59,142 bases of DNA from Clostridia bacterium (GCA_022791675.1 JAAVZN010000030.1:1-59142), one strand, 5' to 3'. Numbered from the stretch's first letter, positions 1-10,679 are shown. A program made the numbers and translations. The notes: generated by a model not told the origin, from the letters alone.

Positions 1-233
1 ATTTTATTTAATCTGTCACTTTACGTCAACACCTTTACATTTAATTCTTCTTTTGAAAATCTGGAAAATAATTTCTGAAAATATATTAATATCTAATAAT
101 TTTTCATAAAAGCAAAAAACTACACAAATTCCAATTTCACTTAGAAATTTTGCATAGTTTTTGTATATCATTCTAGTCAACTTTTTCCAATCGCTTACCT
201 TCTCTTATTCAATTTTTTCTATTAAAACCTAGC

Positions 234-272
234 ACTCTACCTATTATTGTTTAGTTTTCACAGAATTCAGTC
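234..272 (-). repeat. 39-nt conserved 3' flank of the pilin-leader/FGE-domain gene, copy A (copy B at 58486-58524)
   Basis: actctacctattatTgtttAgttttcacagaattcagtc matches 58486-58524 at 37/39 positions. It starts immediately after the TAG stop, and the adjacent coding sequence is more diverged. Confidence 0.7.
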
Positions 273-1685
273 CTACCATAAAGCCACTCGCATCCCAGTA
301 TCGTAACTAGAAAGTATCGTATTGCTGTAGTTACGGTAAGACACTGTATATCTGGAGCCATCGTCACAATAACCTCCTCCACGATTCGCACACAAATAAC
401 TAGTGTTCGAAGTATATTCTAATGTCCATTCCCATACATTTCCTGCCAAATCATAAATTCCTAGTATACTATTTCGATCCGTTGCTCCTGTTGTTAATAA
501 TACTCCTAAAACTGGCTTGGTATATCTACTACTTTCACTTGCTTGATTCCATGAACCAACAGTTGTAGGTGTTGTCGTATAGAGTCCTCTTGTTATTTCA
601 AATGTTGCATCTTTACAATTTCCCCAACTTTCTGAATTAATTTTTAACTCTGCTTGTGTTTTTGCTCCTTTTTCTTCGATAAATTTTAATGTTAGATCCC
701 ATTGAATCCCAAACAATAAACTACTTGTCTTCCCCCCTGTTGCTAATTCTGTTGCCTTTTCTTGTGCTTGCTTACAGGTTACAAGATTGTAAGGATAAGC
801 ATTTCTTTGAATAATTGGAGTTATTAAACTATCTGAACTTGAAGCTCTTGGTATTTCACTTCCTGTTTCATATCTTCCAATATAAAATCCTCCATTTTCA
901 AATACACTTTTTAACATACTATTTTTATGATTATTATATTCTGTTGCATTTGCAAATCCATGTTGCTCTGTTGAATAAAACGTATCTGTCCAGCCATTAA
1001 GTCGATAATCACTTGCATAAGTTTGCATGGCTGTTTCTATGGCTGTGTAATCGGTACTCGTTGTTGACTCATTATAAATTGATTTTGGTACCTCTACCCA
1101 TACCCATTCATTTTGATTCTTATCTTTAATCACTAGTCCTGTATCTAAATCGGTTCCTTCTACTCTTTGAGCTCCTTCTGGTAAAAAGGGGTTCGTATCT
1201 GCGGTTGATGGTAATGTCTGTTCATCGTTTGTTCCAAGATTTTCTCCTTCTACTGTTACTTGTCCCTTTTCTCCAATCGTTATTTTATAATTGTCTGCCA
1301 CTACTGTTGCTGGCAAATTGGTAATTGGTAGGTTGGATTTTTCTTTATCGATTCCTTCTACTTGTTCTAAATTTTTATTCAAAGTATCCAGATCAATTTT
1401 TCCATCGGTTCCAAAACTTCCCATGACTGCTATTTGTACTTTTTCTTTCGCTGTTGCTTTTTCGTTTTCCACCTTTGCTGTATTAGCTTTCGTTAAGACT
1501 CCATTATCTCCTGTTAAAGTTGCAATACTTATTCCTGCTAATATCAACAAAACGATAATGGTAATAACTAAAGCAATTAATGTAATACCTTTGTTATTTT
1601 TTTCTCGTCTTTTTATTTTTAATTCTAATTTCGTCATTTCTTTACAATCCCCTTTTTTCTCTTTTGTTTTCTTCACTTTTAACAT
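273..1685 (-). CDS. Prepilin-like N-terminal leader/TM plus C-terminal FGE-sulfatase (SUMF1) family domain protein
   Basis: 470-aa ORF. The N-terminus reads KNNKG|ITLIALVITIIVLLILAGISIATL, like a class III signal peptide but with Ala instead of Glu at +5. The C-terminus has GIYDLAGNVWEWTLE ... RGGGY ... GMRVALW, typical of the SUMF1/FGE fold. The likely true start is M17 (ATG about 1637, GGGGA 10 nt upstream). Confidence 0.7.
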   Translation of the reverse strand: MLKVKKTKEKKGDCKEMTKLELKIKRREKNNKGITLIALVITIIVLLILAGISIATLTGDNGVLTKANTAKVENEKATAKEKVQIAVMGSFGTDGKIDLDTLNKNLEQVEGIDKEKSNLPITNLPATVVADNYKITIGEKGQVTVEGENLGTNDEQTLPSTADTNPFLPEGAQRVEGTDLDTGLVIKDKNQNEWVWVEVPKSIYNESTTSTDYTAIETAMQTYASDYRLNGWTDTFYSTEQHGFANATEYNNHKNSMLKSVFENGGFYIGRYETGSEIPRASSSDSLITPIIQRNAYPYNLVTCKQAQEKATELATGGKTSSLLFGIQWDLTLKFIEEKGAKTQAELKINSESWGNCKDATFEITRGLYTTTPTTVGSWNQASESSRYTKPVLGVLLTTGATDRNSILGIYDLAGNVWEWTLEYTSNTSYLCANRGGGYCDDGSRYTVSYRNYSNTILSSYDTGMRVALW

Positions 1686-1884
1686 TATTTCTTTAGTTAT
1701 TATTCTCTATTTTCAATTGTTGTATTCATTTTTTCGTTCCCATTGTATCAATATTTTATATTGTTGTCAATAAGTTGACATACTTCCATTTTCTTCTATT
1801 CTATCCCAAAAATATTTATCAAACACCTAACATAAAGTATCATGAAAAATAAGTGAAAGATTGAATATTGCTATAAAATGCAAA

Positions 1885-1914
1885 ATAGAAACACATCAAT
1901 TGATGTGTCTCTAT
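1885..1914 (-). terminator. Palindromic hairpin just downstream of the giant adhesin gene
   Basis: atagaaacacatcaa/ttgatgtgtctctat forms a stem of about 13 bp with one mismatch. T-rich runs flank it on both strands, and it lies 9 nt after the stop at 1923. Confidence 0.6.
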
Positions 1915-1922
1915 TTTTTTAC

Positions 1923-4900
1923 TTATTTATCTAAAGCCTTCTTTTTTATTAATACTACACCTGTTCCTAATAGAAGTAATGCTGTTATACCAATTGCAAT
2001 TGGTATTATGTAATTTAAGTTTTCACCAGTTGCTGGTGTAACAATTGTTGTTTCAGCCATACTATCGTCTGTTTCTGTTGAAGTTGTACCTGGTATATAG
2101 TTCCCTGGTGTAGATTGTGGTTTTGATCCTCCTGTTTTATTCAACTCCGTTATTTCCACTTCATTATCAAAAGAAACTTCATCAACGGTTGTCAATACTC
2201 TTGAAACATTAAATTCTACTTGTGCTGATTCTGTTGGTTTTAACTTTTTACCTTTTAGTTGTTCTGTATATAAAATTAGTTTATCATGAATCGTTGTTTC
2301 ATTACTATTATATACTTCTTCTGCTACTAAGTCTTTTATTTGTTCAATCGTTTTTACTTCCCATTCTGGATATTTGGTGTTGTCAAATGACCAGTTTTTA
2401 TCTAAGTAATCAATTATTCCAGTTGGTTCAATTGTAACAACATTTCCTTCTACAATTCCATATTGATAATAATTTTCTGATAAGTAATCTAATTCACTTT
2501 GATTGGTTGCTTTAATTTCATACCCTACTTCTAAAACAGTTCCTTGGATCAATTCGTTGTCTAACTCTAATTTAAGAATTCCATTACTTGGTACCATATT
2601 AGGATCTGGTTTCATGTAAGCAATACCATTTCTGTCTCCTGTGATGACTCTGTTACCATTTTCATCTTCTTCAATTGTAATATTAGCAATTACTTGACCA
2701 TTTGCTAATGTTGCTTTTAAGGTTTTAATTCTCTTATTTAATGCTAAATCTTGTCTTGCTCTTTCTACAATTCCAAAGTCAACATTTTTAATTTGGTATA
2801 CATACTTATCACCTGTTGAAGCTGTATAATTTGTCTCATATTCTACTCCAATATCCATAGTAGGTGTAGTAGAATCCATTTTAGTTCTTGTTATTTTTGC
2901 CTCAGTATCTACTGTAACCTTTTTGATTTCTTCATCTATTTGTTGTCTTGAACCTTTTGGAGCATCTTGATCTTTATCATAGTTATCCATTGCATCACTT
3001 AGTCTTGTATCTACCTTTTCTTTATACCATTTTGCATTGTTTTGTCTATCTTGGTCTTTATAAATCGTTGATTTATAATCTTGTACCGTATAAGTTTTGT
3101 CTCCCCAAGTATAAGTTAAAGTATAGTCTCCTGGTATGAAATTTGAAATAAAGAAGTCTCCATTCTCATCGGTTTTTGTTGTATATACTTTTCCACTTCC
3201 AGAATTTTCAGTTAATGTAATATCTACCTCTGCAATTCCTTTTTCACCTTGCTCATATTCTCCACTTCCTTGACGGATTTGTCCTGTCATTAATTCTCCT
3301 GATGTTTCGTCTAAGAATACTTTTCCTAGTAATTCTCTTGCATCTGCCACTTCTAATTTCAAAGCAGGACTAGAAGCAGTATCATCTTCATACGCTGTAT
3401 CTTCTGGTACACCATTTCCTGGATTTGAATCAATGTCAATTCCAGCATATATTTTTCCTGTCTTTGCATCAAAGATAGAATAAGAATTAATTTCTGCAAA
3501 GTTATCTAGGTTTTCTTGGTCATTTAATATTTTAATAACGGCTTCTCTGTTTAATGCATATTGTACATAAACAACTTGTTCTTTTTGAGGTTCTAATTTT
3601 GTTTGATTGTTAATAACCACTCGTTTGTATTTATCATTATAAGATTGTGGTGTTTCGTTTGTAAGTATTCCTGTTATCTCACCTTTGTCATTTACTCCTG
3701 TTCCAGCATGAATTAACTCATAATTGCTATCATAGTAATCTGCTATACTATTTACTTGTGCTGTTAAATTAACATTGGCTTGTAACATTTTTAATTTATA
3801 GGTTATATAAACTTTTAATTCTCGACTAGGATCTTCATTGTTTGTATATTCATAGTCTGCTTTATAGATTGCTCTTGCATAAGAACCTGTATATTTATTT
3901 TTGTATTTTACTCCTACATTGAATCCTTGTCCTGTATATTCTCCTGCATTAGCATATCTTTGATCATATTCATAAATATGTGCTTTGTTGTTTACTACAA
4001 TCTTAACGCTTTGTAAATCTTTTCCTAAAGTAATATCTGGTTGATCTCTATGGTACAATCCTAAATTGATGTATTTTACTTCATCTTGACCTAATACATA
4101 ATTTGCTTTAATATCATAACTTGCGTCTTTTGTGGTTGCAATGATTGGATATTGTCCTATACTATTTTGTTTCATGTATTCGCCATTTACTACTTCATAT
4201 TTTCCTTGACTGTTTAAAGTTGCTGTTGCTTCTCCTGGTTTTCCATCAACACCTTGTCCTTCTTTGATGTCATAAGATAGAGAATGTTTTTCGTTTCCAT
4301 TTTGGTCTTTTGTTATACCAGTATTTTTAGTTTTTCCATTTACCTCAGTAAATCCTTTGTTAAATTCATCTCTTCTTTGTTCTCCTTCTGCTGATTTTGA
4401 ACCATTATTCTTGTCTAAATGTGGAATTACATTTGTATAAGTTAATCCATCATACTCAAATTCTACCATGTAATTTCCAATTTCTCTTTTTAATACATAA
4501 TCAAATAAGTATTCTCCATTTCCATTGTTTCCAGCATCTTTGTAGCGATTTAATTGTGCTGTTATGGTTTTTTGATCGTTACCATTTTTGTCTTTTATTG
4601 TGTTTCCTGTATTTTTATTTTTCAATTTCACGCTAATACCATTGAATAATAAATCTTTGGTATCTGGCAATAATTCGCCATTTTCTTGGTTTCTTGATTG
4701 GGTGTCTTTGAATAAATCATTTCTTTCTGATGTTTTTCCATCAACTTGATCTACCCATACATAACCTGATAATTTGATGTATTTTCTTTCATTTTTTACA
4801 ATTAATTTGTCCTCATTTTGACTCGAAGAGTTTTCTCCTGTTTCGGTTGATTTTTGTCTTGTTACCTCTACCGTTGCTGTTTTTCCTTTTCCAGTTGTTC

Positions 4901-7900
4901 CTCCAGCCACTTCCCATGCGATATAATCATCATCAATTTCATAACCATAATAGTTATCTCCTACTGATGTTTCGATTACTTGATAGGTTCCTGTTAACAA
5001 GTTGTAAATTTTAATTTCACCCTTACTGTCTGTTATAAACTCAGTTGCTTCACTTTCATTGCTCGTATATTGTAAATTACCCAAGTGAATTGTACCTACT
5101 GGTCTTTTTTGAACCGTTCCATTGGAATCGACTGCGATAATGTATTTTCCTTCTGCATTTTTAATTTTGAATCCCATTCCTGCTAATGCAAATCCTGCAT
5201 CTGCATCTTTTTTCTCTATTTTTAAGTTTCCAGTATGTTTGATGTTGCTTAACTGATACACATATTTCATTCCTGGTTTTACTACGACTGAACCTGTTGC
5301 ATCTGCTAAGTATCCATAGTTTGGATTTTCAATTTCTGTAATGGTATAAGTTACATTAGATGGTAAATTATCTAAGTAGATACTTCCATTAGCATCTGTT
5401 GTTAAAGTTTGGTCAATTCCATTTCCTTGGATTCTTATTTTTACTCCTTGTAGTTTTACTTCTTTTTGGTCTTCATCATGTTTTACAACTTCCAAAGCTC
5501 CTCTAATTTTTGTCCATTCAATTTCATCTTCTACTGTTTTCTTGGTTGTTTCTATCCTGCTATCAATACGTGTCTTTCCATCTGTTATAACCTCTTGACA
5601 ACCATCTCCTGGGTGAAATTCAATTTTTGCATAAGTATCATATCGAATTTTCAAGTCACCTGTATAGCTTGCTTTTAATTTAACAGATGAGATACCATTT
5701 GCGCAACTACTAATTGGAATTCTTAAGTAGAAGGATAATTTTCCGCTTCCCCTTAGTGTTTTACTGCTTCCATTTGCATCACATATTGTATAAGATGAGA
5801 TGTTTCCTCCTTTTAAGTCTTTTACGATAAGTGTATATGTTGCATCACGGTCACATTGTGCCTCAAATGGTCCAAATATAAAGTCATTGCCTACTGTCTT
5901 CATTTGGATTTCATCATTTAATCGGTCAAGTTGTATGGTTGGTTCTTCTAATACGGTACTTGTTGTACTTTCAGAAAATGCTGTTCCACTACCATAATAT
6001 CCACTTCCATCACTATCATTTGCACAAGAACCATGTGCAGCTGCACCCGGTGTATCACAATATCCTCTACCAGTTGGTCCTCCACTAAATCCTGTTGCAT
6101 CAGATGGTCCTGGGTGTCCGTCCCAAGAGTAATTAGCTGTATAAGCTTGTATATTAGTTGTTCCTGCTACTAATGTTGCTAATATAATTAGTGTAAATAA
6201 TGATATTTTTCCTAATTTTAATATACCATATTTGTAAGCTAAGAAAATTCCTACTCCTACTAATGCTACAAATGATATTCCTAATGAAATATAAACAATG
6301 GCACCTGTACTAACAGAAATAATTACTTCTGCTTCTGAATAGTCATCTTCTGTTTTTACTTTGTTTCCTGGTGTAGAATCTATATCTTTAATTCCTAATG
6401 AATTCGTAATATCTCCTATTTCTGCACCATTTGTGAAAGTTCCTGTTCCATTTGCTGTCATTTTTTTCGTTGCAATTAAAGTTAGTTCCACACTTTCCCC
6501 TGGCTCTATCTTTTTGTTTGACATACTTGTATTTACTAATTGTCCACCTGTTTGTGCTGACCAGTTTTTGTTTAGTTCAGATGAGAAGGTTAATCCTTCT
6601 GGTAAGTAATCAATTACTTTTCCTACTGTTGAAGGTAATTCTCCTTCATTGGTAACAACTATTTTGTATTCAATGACAACTGTTGCACCTTCTATTTCTT
6701 TTGCTCTTATTTCTATTTTGGCTAACTTTTCATTGTTATAAGCATATTGTTTGGTTCCATTTTTTGTGGTTACGGTTGCTTTTGTTATCATTTTATCCAA
6801 TTTAAAATCACAAATTTTGTTTTGGATTAAACCAATGTCTAAGTTTGATTCAGAAGCTTGTAAATCACTGACTTCTATGATTCCAACTTTCATCGTTTCT
6901 CCATTTAAAGTTACCTCTTTTGTGATAGCATCTGAATTGGCATTATTGGATACTCCTACTTTTTGATATTCTGTTGCACGATAGCTATTGGTATCATATT
7001 GGAATAAAACCATATAATTTCCTTTTTCAAGTTCTGTAAATTTATAACCTCCATTTTGTGCTGTTTTAACTCCATTTTTTATGATTGTTGCATTTTTTGT
7101 ATCAACTAACATTACATTGATTCCACTGAATCCTTTTTCTCCTGCTTGTCTTTGTCCATCTTCATTCTCATCTAACCAAGCCATTCCTGAAATACTATAT
7201 TTGTTATTCGTTGGATTACTTGGATCAGTTGGTTTGCTTGGGTCTTCTGGATTTTCTGGTTTTTCTGGTTCTTCTGGATTTGATGGTTCTTCATAATTTA
7301 ATGGAAGAATCGTGTGTGTTACAATATTTGATGTTTTGGTTTCAATTAATGGATCTTCTACTGTTGCTGTATTTTCTACTTTTGTTTTTTCAAATACAGA
7401 TCCTGCTGTTGTTTTAACATCAATGGTTACTTTTTCCTTATATGGTATGGTTAGTTGTAAATCTACATTTGGTAATTCGTTTCCGTTCTCGTCAGTTCCT
7501 GTTTTATTTAACTTTTTAGTAATTGGTTCTACTTTTGTATAATTTCCTGTATATAATATTCCTGTTACTTCTCCATTCACTATGTTTTCTTTTTCTTCTA
7601 TGTCCCAATTGTCATAAGTAATGGTTTCTGGTTTTACATTTTCTGGTAAGAAGTCTGTTACTTTTACTGGTATATAGCAATATTCTGGTTGATTCAAATT
7701 GGTTCTACCAATATTTTCGATGGTAATTCTATAATTAATTTCTTCCCCATATTTTACTTCTTCCCCTTCTGTGTCTGATGTCATAGAGATAGAAACATTT
7801 TCATATTCATACATGATTCTATTTTCATTTGAATGATAAGTTATACCATTTTTTTCAACACTTGCTGTTGCTGTTAATTCTATTTTAGATTCTTCTGTTT

Positions 7901-10277
7901 TTTCTGCTATGCTAGTTGATTCAATGATTCCACCGATATAGTAGTTATTTTGTGAATTACTTGGAATTTTTACAGTAAGTATATTGTCTTCTGGTGTATT
8001 GGTTTCATCATAATGAATTATTTTATGTAGGTCTCCAAATAAATATTGTGGTTTGAATTGTTTTGGTAATTTCACTTTTACTTCTGTTTCTTCTGTTTTA
8101 TCACTCTTTAGATTGATATAGTAATACCATTTATTTTTTCCATTATAAAGATTTGCTTTTAAAAATACTTGAATTTCAGATTGTTTTGCTACATTCTTGA
8201 TTTCATAGTTTGCAACTTCTGTTTCTCCTACTTGTGCTTTGATATTTGTTGTAATTTCTTTTTCTTCATCTAATTCATTTACTTGCACTTCATAAAATTT
8301 TGTTATGGTTTGTCCTGGTTGTAATGTTCCTATTTCAATTTCTTTCTCTCTTAATTCATAGTCTAAATTATATTGGTATTTTCCACTTGTATTATGATAA
8401 TCTGCTTCTAATTCTCCATAAGTTGTTCCTTCTGGTATCATTCCAATTATTTTTACATGTTCCATTGGTTTTTCTGATGTATTGGTTACTTTTACATTAT
8501 ATTTGATATATTCTCCAGCATAAATTGAATCTCCATCACTAACAGCAACATCACCTTTGATTGGTGCTACTTCTAATTTTAGTCCTTCTACATTGGCTTC
8601 AATTGGTTTTGCTGTTTGGTAAGTATCGATGTTTTCTTCTACTACTGGCACTAGTTGTTCTTTATAATTCTCTAAGTGAATCGCTAATTCTTTGCTTGCT
8701 GTGCTATTATTTCCATCTACTGCATATTGGTTATCACAAATTAGTTTTGCTATTGCTTCTGTTGTCTCAATGTCTTTTTTTAGAATCATCGTTGCTGATA
8801 TTTTTATTTCTGTTGTTAAGCTTAAAGCATTTTCATCATAAGCTGTTTGTTCTCCTGTTAAATTAGCTACGATTTCAATTCTTCCATTTTCGTTTGTTCT
8901 GGTGTTAACTTCTTGTAATTCTAATCCATTTGCATAGAAAATTCCACTATTTTGTAATACTACTTTTTCTACTTCTTCTGGAAGTTCTATTTTTAGTGTT
9001 GGATTTTTAAATAAGTTGTTTTTTTCTGTGTTAGCATTTAATGATAAGTCAAAGGTTACTTCATTTTGTTGTTTGTTTGTCCATTCTGGGTTGTTAACTG
9101 TCATTTCTACATTTGTTTTAGCATCTTTTATTTCTATGATATCAACGGTATCTTGCATTTCATTTATTTGTGATCTGGTTTTTATCTTTGTATTTACTGT
9201 TTCTGTCATAGTTGATTTAATTTCTTTTTGGTGTTCCAATGTCAAAATTCCTTCTTGCTCAATATCACTGGTTTGAATGATTATGGTTTCTGGCTCGCTT
9301 TCGTAGAAAATAGTTAATGTTCCATCTTCTTCAAATTCCGTATTTTCATCAATGGTTGCTAAGATATGATGCTCACCATCTAAAATGGTAATATTTCCTT
9401 TTTTTCCTAATATTTCTACTACATTTTCTTTGTTTATCTTTGTACTTTTATAGACAAGATTTCCATTGTTTCCAATTTCTTCTTCTCCTTTTACCAAAGT
9501 ATTATTTTCTACTACTTCTAGTCTTTTTTGTACGTTTTTATGACTAATGGTTATTTCTTGTGTTTCTTTGTATTGGGTTTGATAATTAGTTCCATTGATG
9601 TAATTTGATTTTATGTAACCATTGTATATTTCACCTGTTTTATGATTAATAGAGGTTATTTGTCCCATGTTTTCTGTTACTGTATTTTCAAGTGTTGTTT
9701 TCGTATCGATTGTAACATTATCTTCGGTTGCTTGTGTAGCTCTTGCTGTTATATCAAGAGTTAAATTTCTTTCAGGATTTTCTTTTGCATAAGTATCATA
9801 ATAAGCAATCACAATATATTCACTTATATTGCTCTCTATGTTTTGCTCATGATCTCTTATGATCAATTTTCCTGAATTTTTACTGTATTCACAGTTTTCT
9901 TGTATTCCACTTGTTTTTCCATTCCAAGATTCTGTGTTTTTGGCAATGGTTTTTACTCCCTCTGGATATTTCCCTTCAATTTTATTGAATTGTACTTCTA
10001 TCTCTCTATCTTTTACAGGAATATTGGCATCTTCTTGATATTCCATCTTTGTTTTTACTTGGTATTGTACCAATGTTCCTCTTATTTGGTCATCTGTATT
10101 GTAGTTGATGTATTTATCTAATTTTGCTTCTACTGCTATTTTTGCTACTTCTGATCCCAAAGTGATGGAAGATAACATACTTACTCCTACTACAACGCTT
10201 AATAACACTGCTATCATTAGCAATGTATATGACATAGCTTTTGTTTTGTTTTTTGCTTTCAATTTTTGTTCTTTCAT
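1923..10277 (-). CDS. Giant (2784 aa) cell-surface adhesin with DUF11-type and SdrD-B/Cna-B-type repeats; apparent fusion of two sortase-substrate proteins
   Basis: Single uninterrupted ORF with an N-terminal signal anchor (AMSYTLLMIAVLLSVVVGV). It has DUF11-like motifs (EYKIVVTNEGELPSTVGKVIDYLPEGLTF) and SdrD-B-like motifs (YSISGMAWLDENEDGQRQAGEKGFSGINVMLVD; KLSGYVWVDQVDG). The C-terminus has TPATG plus a TM segment plus KKKALDK. An internal SVSTG plus TM is followed by a signal-peptide-like segment. Confidence 0.85.
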   Translation of the reverse strand: MKEQKLKAKNKTKAMSYTLLMIAVLLSVVVGVSMLSSITLGSEVAKIAVEAKLDKYINYNTDDQIRGTLVQYQVKTKMEYQEDANIPVKDREIEVQFNKIEGKYPEGVKTIAKNTESWNGKTSGIQENCEYSKNSGKLIIRDHEQNIESNISEYIVIAYYDTYAKENPERNLTLDITARATQATEDNVTIDTKTTLENTVTENMGQITSINHKTGEIYNGYIKSNYINGTNYQTQYKETQEITISHKNVQKRLEVVENNTLVKGEEEIGNNGNLVYKSTKINKENVVEILGKKGNITILDGEHHILATIDENTEFEEDGTLTIFYESEPETIIIQTSDIEQEGILTLEHQKEIKSTMTETVNTKIKTRSQINEMQDTVDIIEIKDAKTNVEMTVNNPEWTNKQQNEVTFDLSLNANTEKNNLFKNPTLKIELPEEVEKVVLQNSGIFYANGLELQEVNTRTNENGRIEIVANLTGEQTAYDENALSLTTEIKISATMILKKDIETTEAIAKLICDNQYAVDGNNSTASKELAIHLENYKEQLVPVVEENIDTYQTAKPIEANVEGLKLEVAPIKGDVAVSDGDSIYAGEYIKYNVKVTNTSEKPMEHVKIIGMIPEGTTYGELEADYHNTSGKYQYNLDYELREKEIEIGTLQPGQTITKFYEVQVNELDEEKEITTNIKAQVGETEVANYEIKNVAKQSEIQVFLKANLYNGKNKWYYYINLKSDKTEETEVKVKLPKQFKPQYLFGDLHKIIHYDETNTPEDNILTVKIPSNSQNNYYIGGIIESTSIAEKTEESKIELTATASVEKNGITYHSNENRIMYEYENVSISMTSDTEGEEVKYGEEINYRITIENIGRTNLNQPEYCYIPVKVTDFLPENVKPETITYDNWDIEEKENIVNGEVTGILYTGNYTKVEPITKKLNKTGTDENGNELPNVDLQLTIPYKEKVTIDVKTTAGSVFEKTKVENTATVEDPLIETKTSNIVTHTILPLNYEEPSNPEEPEKPENPEDPSKPTDPSNPTNNKYSISGMAWLDENEDGQRQAGEKGFSGINVMLVDTKNATIIKNGVKTAQNGGYKFTELEKGNYMVLFQYDTNSYRATEYQKVGVSNNANSDAITKEVTLNGETMKVGIIEVSDLQASESNLDIGLIQNKICDFKLDKMITKATVTTKNGTKQYAYNNEKLAKIEIRAKEIEGATVVIEYKIVVTNEGELPSTVGKVIDYLPEGLTFSSELNKNWSAQTGGQLVNTSMSNKKIEPGESVELTLIATKKMTANGTGTFTNGAEIGDITNSLGIKDIDSTPGNKVKTEDDYSEAEVIISVSTGAIVYISLGISFVALVGVGIFLAYKYGILKLGKISLFTLIILATLVAGTTNIQAYTANYSWDGHPGPSDATGFSGGPTGRGYCDTPGAAAHGSCANDSDGSGYYGSGTAFSESTTSTVLEEPTIQLDRLNDEIQMKTVGNDFIFGPFEAQCDRDATYTLIVKDLKGGNISSYTICDANGSSKTLRGSGKLSFYLRIPISSCANGISSVKLKASYTGDLKIRYDTYAKIEFHPGDGCQEVITDGKTRIDSRIETTKKTVEDEIEWTKIRGALEVVKHDEDQKEVKLQGVKIRIQGNGIDQTLTTDANGSIYLDNLPSNVTYTITEIENPNYGYLADATGSVVVKPGMKYVYQLSNIKHTGNLKIEKKDADAGFALAGMGFKIKNAEGKYIIAVDSNGTVQKRPVGTIHLGNLQYTSNESEATEFITDSKGEIKIYNLLTGTYQVIETSVGDNYYGYEIDDDYIAWEVAGGTTGKGKTATVEVTRQKSTETGENSSSQNEDKLIVKNERKYIKLSGYVWVDQVDGKTSERNDLFKDTQSRNQENGELLPDTKDLLFNGISVKLKNKNTGNTIKDKNGNDQKTITAQLNRYKDAGNNGNGEYLFDYVLKREIGNYMVEFEYDGLTYTNVIPHLDKNNGSKSAEGEQRRDEFNKGFTEVNGKTKNTGITKDQNGNEKHSLSYDIKEGQGVDGKPGEATATLNSQGKYEVVNGEYMKQNSIGQYPIIATTKDASYDIKANYVLGQDEVKYINLGLYHRDQPDITLGKDLQSVKIVVNNKAHIYEYDQRYANAGEYTGQGFNVGVKYKNKYTGSYARAIYKADYEYTNNEDPSRELKVYITYKLKMLQANVNLTAQVNSIADYYDSNYELIHAGTGVNDKGEITGILTNETPQSYNDKYKRVVINNQTKLEPQKEQVVYVQYALNREAVIKILNDQENLDNFAEINSYSIFDAKTGKIYAGIDIDSNPGNGVPEDTAYEDDTASSPALKLEVADARELLGKVFLDETSGELMTGQIRQGSGEYEQGEKGIAEVDITLTENSGSGKVYTTKTDENGDFFISNFIPGDYTLTYTWGDKTYTVQDYKSTIYKDQDRQNNAKWYKEKVDTRLSDAMDNYDKDQDAPKGSRQQIDEEIKKVTVDTEAKITRTKMDSTTPTMDIGVEYETNYTASTGDKYVYQIKNVDFGIVERARQDLALNKRIKTLKATLANGQVIANITIEEDENGNRVITGDRNGIAYMKPDPNMVPSNGILKLELDNELIQGTVLEVGYEIKATNQSELDYLSENYYQYGIVEGNVVTIEPTGIIDYLDKNWSFDNTKYPEWEVKTIEQIKDLVAEEVYNSNETTIHDKLILYTEQLKGKKLKPTESAQVEFNVSRVLTTVDEVSFDNEVEITELNKTGGSKPQSTPGNYIPGTTSTETDDSMAETTIVTPATGENLNYIIPIAIGITALLLLGTGVVLIKKKALDK

Positions 10278-10679
10278 AGAAACCTCCTAATCTTCAGGTA
10301 TTTGTATCTACCTAATTCTTCTTTTTATATTATATATATTTTTTAAAAATAATCAACCTTTTTCTTTGGTATTTCAATGGTTTGTAAGTTTTTCCTTCTA
10401 CGGAAATAATAGGGAAACATTGATTATGTTTTTATATTACTTTTTTGTTACATTTTTACTTCTATACATTTTAATACATAATCACTTTTTATTATACACT
10501 TTTTTTCCAAGTTTTTCAATGGTTTAGTACGAAAAAACTAACTTTTTATGTAACTTTTTCTTGTTTTGTCATTGAAAGTCATTTTTCTCAAAAATAATCG
10601 GATTTTGTTTATCACTTTTTTATAATTTTTGCATACAATACAACATAGATTTTTTTAGATTGCATAAATTTATAAAGAG

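Noticed and set aside
7195-7290. Repetitive Pro/Glu/Asn-rich stretch (EEPSNPEEPEKPENPEDPSKPTDPSNPTNN) in the giant ORF.
   Set aside because: It is an ordinary flexible linker between adhesin modules, not an independent feature.
10278-10679. 400-nt AT-rich divergent intergenic region upstream of the giant adhesin gene; inspected for ncRNA or phase-variation repeats.
   Set aside because: No inverted repeats, homopolymer tracts of unusual length or structured elements were evident by eye. It is probably promoter and regulatory DNA that I cannot define from sequence alone.
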